From the NCBI GenBank assembly GCA_038279365.1, contig JAYODI010000101.1:1-18186 (forward strand): a stretch of DNA of 18,186 nucleotides, written 5' to 3'. The position numbers and the translations under genes were made by a program. The notes under the pieces were generated by a model that made no database searches, had not been told where the DNA came from, and saw nothing but the letters and a program-made list of their open reading frames with translations. Of this stretch, positions 16,575-18,186 are shown piece by piece (position 1 is the stretch's first letter; every line of letters begins with the position of its first letter). This DNA comes from Candidatus Latescibacterota bacterium (GTDB lineage: Bacteria > Latescibacterota > UBA2968).

Positions 16575-16870
16575 TTATATTTCAGGATTTTGTTTAAGAT
16601 ATTGAACAGCACGATCTAAAATTTTCAAAGTTTCCAAAAAATGCTTATCCCTGAATCTCCCTGAAAGAGTGGCCACCGTGAAAAGGTTATTTTTCTCACG
16701 GATTGTCGAACTTTAGGAGCTATATAAACACCTGATACAACATTGTGATATTGATCTATAAAAGAGCCTTTATTTTTATCAAGGGTTTTTTTCACTAAAT
16801 TCCCCAACTCAATGTCAATTTTCAATTCCAATCTGTGATTGTATAGATTTTTGTTATAATATTTGAGGTG
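16575..16870 (-). pseudogene. Possible AT-rich frameshifted gene remnant
   Basis: AT-rich. The open frame 16870-16625 lacks a good start and overlaps a shifted frame reading IREKNNLFTVATLSGRFRDKHFLETLKILDRAVQYLKQNPEI* (stop 16577-16575). No family recognised. Confidence 0.25.
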
Positions 16871-16875
16871 TTACA

Positions 16876-16917
16876 TTGACAAATAAAGAATTTTTATGTA
16901 CTGTTTTCCTGTACATA
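16876..16917 (+). promoter_or_regulatory. TA operon promoter with overlapping YefM-type operator
   Basis: TTGACA (16876-16881), N17, TACTGT (16899-16904). Inverted repeat TATGTAC (16895-16901) / GTACATA (16911-16917) contains TGTAC(T/A) cores. RBS AAGGAG at 16923-16928. Confidence 0.75.
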
Positions 16918-16933
16918 TCGAAAAGGAGTCAAA

Positions 16934-17224
16934 ATGCCTCGTGAAACAACATATACCCAAGCACGCGCCAGTTTGGCAAGCATTTGCAGGGAAGTTACAG
17001 ACAATCGGGATTTTGTGCTTATCAATCGGCGTGGGAATGAACAAGTTGCATTGATTGCGGCTTCTGAGTTGGAGAGCTTGATTGAAACGGCACATTTATT
17101 AGGTTCACCTAAAAATGCAGAACGTTTGATGACGGCACTCAATCGGGCACGTGCCAAGACTGAACCTCCACAATCTTTGGCGGATTTGCGTCGGGAGGTC
17201 GGGCTTGAGTCGGAGGAAGCGTGA
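16934..17224 (+). CDS. yefM: Type II antitoxin, Phd/YefM family
   Basis: 96 aa with TYTQARASLAS, VLINRRG, VALI and ETAHLLGSPKNAERL. Lies directly upstream of a YoeB toxin. Confidence 0.92.
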   Translation: MPRETTYTQARASLASICREVTDNRDFVLINRRGNEQVALIAASELESLIETAHLLGSPKNAERLMTALNRARAKTEPPQSLADLRREVGLESEEA

Positions 17225-17492
17225 GCAAAACAAAGATCGAGATACCGTTTTTCATCCTGAATTTCGAGAGGATCTTAAATATTGGGTATCGACAGATCGC
17301 AAAATAGCGCTTCGTGTTTTAGATCTTGTTGCGGCCATCACGCGCGACCCATTTCGGGGTATTGGTAAACCTGAGCCATTGAAATATTTAGATGGGAGTA
17401 CGTGGTCACGGCGTTTGACGCGTGAACATCGAATTGTATATCGTGTCACTGATGATCGGATTGAATTTTTACAGGCGCGATATCATTATTAG
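17205..17492 (+). CDS. yoeB: Type II toxin, Txe/YoeB family mRNA interferase
   Basis: EDLKYW..TDRK, RDPFRGIGKPEPLKY, WSRRLTREHRIVY and terminal ARYHY. Start inferred at TTG 17205 with GGAGGT at 17194-17199; 95 aa, overlapping the antitoxin by 20 nt. Confidence 0.92.
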   Translation: MSRRKREQNKDRDTVFHPEFREDLKYWVSTDRKIALRVLDLVAAITRDPFRGIGKPEPLKYLDGSTWSRRLTREHRIVYRVTDDRIEFLQARYHY

Positions 17493-17529
17493 AATTTTAA
17501 AATTAGAATAAAATTTTGTTGAAAATGAG

Positions 17530-17555
17530 AGGCTACACATTGTGTAGCCTTTTTT
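17530..17555 (+). terminator. Intrinsic terminator after yoeB
   Basis: Perfect stem AGGCTACAC (17530-17538) / GTGTAGCCT (17542-17550) followed by a T-tract. Confidence 0.8.
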
Positions 17556-17650
17556 CTGTTCTGCTATTTGCTAAATGTGGCAATGAAGATGATAGAGTTT
17601 AAATCAGGTTGCTCTTCATTTTGGGTTGTTTATCATGAGATATAATAGAC

Positions 17651-17676
17651 TGAACCTGTACCAAAGACCAGGTTCA
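17651..17676. promoter_or_regulatory. Dyad upstream of the Rieske gene (candidate regulator box or leader hairpin)
   Basis: TGAACCTG-N10-CAGGTTCA with perfect 8-bp arms, lying between TATAAT (17641-17646) and TAGTAT (17701-17706). Confidence 0.45.
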
Positions 17677-17764
17677 AAACCCGTCCTCGGGGCGATGCGG
17701 TAGTATGAGAAAGTGTATATCTTTGGGGTGAACATAAAAGACCACCTATAGAAGGAGATATGTG

Positions 17765-18186
17765 ATGGCTGTGACAGACAGTGAATTTGTGGCGTGTGCA
17801 AAAGTTGAAGACATTGCTGAAGGCGATATTGTGGCGGTGAATGTGGCGGGGCGTTCTGTGGCATTGGCCAATTCAGAAGGGACGATTCGGGCAGTGGATA
17901 ACCGATGCCCACATATGGGCTATCCGATGAGTGAGGGCAGTATTCACAATGGGATTATTATTTGTCATTGGCACCATGCCCGATTTGATTTGGCCAGTGG
18001 ATGTACGTTTGATCCGTTTGCCGATGATTTGCAGAGTTATCCTGTGGAGATTCACGATGGCGAAGTGTATGTGAATGTGCATGCCACGCACCCAGACCCA
18101 GTGGGTCATTGGAAACGCCGTTTGCATGAGAGTTTGGAACAGAATATCAATTTGGTGATTGCAAAGTCGGTCATCTCTTTGCGGGG
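17765..18186 (+). CDS. Rieske [2Fe-2S] domain protein with C-terminal extension (partial, runs off the window)
   Basis: Manual translation: MAVTDSEFVACAKVEDIAEG...AVDNRCPHMGYPMSEG...IICHWHHARFDLASG...WKRRLHESLEQNINLVIAKSV. CxH and CxxH Rieske ligands, RBS AAGGAG at 17752-17757, no stop before the window end. Confidence 0.92.
   Translation, partial: MAVTDSEFVACAKVEDIAEGDIVAVNVAGRSVALANSEGTIRAVDNRCPHMGYPMSEGSIHNGIIICHWHHARFDLASGCTFDPFADDLQSYPVEIHDGEVYVNVHATHPDPVGHWKRRLHESLEQNINLVIAKSVISLR

Noticed and set aside
16849-16876. dif-like site (TTTTGTTATAA-TATTTG-AGGTGTTACAT) suggesting a Xer-mobilised TA module
   Set aside because: The XerD arm lacks the conserved inner TTA, and no convincing partner site was found after yoeB. 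It is probably a chance match in AT-rich promoter DNA.
17221-17307. GTG at 17221 with an upstream GGAGG as the toxin start
   Set aside because: It is out of frame with the YoeB motifs and stops after under 30 codons. TTG 17205 is in frame and has its own SD.
17689-17710. GGCGATG as a fluoride riboswitch start
   Set aside because: There is no downstream complementary CGCC pairing or other consensus element.

Overview
Bacterial chromosomal window with a strongly G+T-rich plus strand. The left part (minus strand) holds a 499-aa hypothetical protein that looks like a split PilZ/YcgR-type c-di-GMP effector, then hisG-hisD-hisC, then an enolase-superfamily enzyme. The right part (plus strand) holds a YfcE-family phosphoesterase, uvrC, xerD, a heterodimeric ABC exporter pair, a soluble Cys-rich GAF histidine kinase with a NarL-family regulator, an AT-rich stretch carrying a yefM-yoeB toxin-antitoxin module, and the 5' end of a Rieske [2Fe-2S] protein that is missing from the ORF track because it runs off the window. 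Three intergenic signals stand out. (i) Two diverged copies of a structured ~190-240 nt element (9626-9865 and 14509-14698) share a long-range stem; in one copy a hairpin is replaced by a REP doublet. (ii) Two palindromically arranged heptamer arrays lie in the his operon. (iii) A dyad upstream of the Rieske gene may be the target of the adjacent, putatively Fe-S-sensing two-component system. All calls come from manual motif reading; no database search was run.
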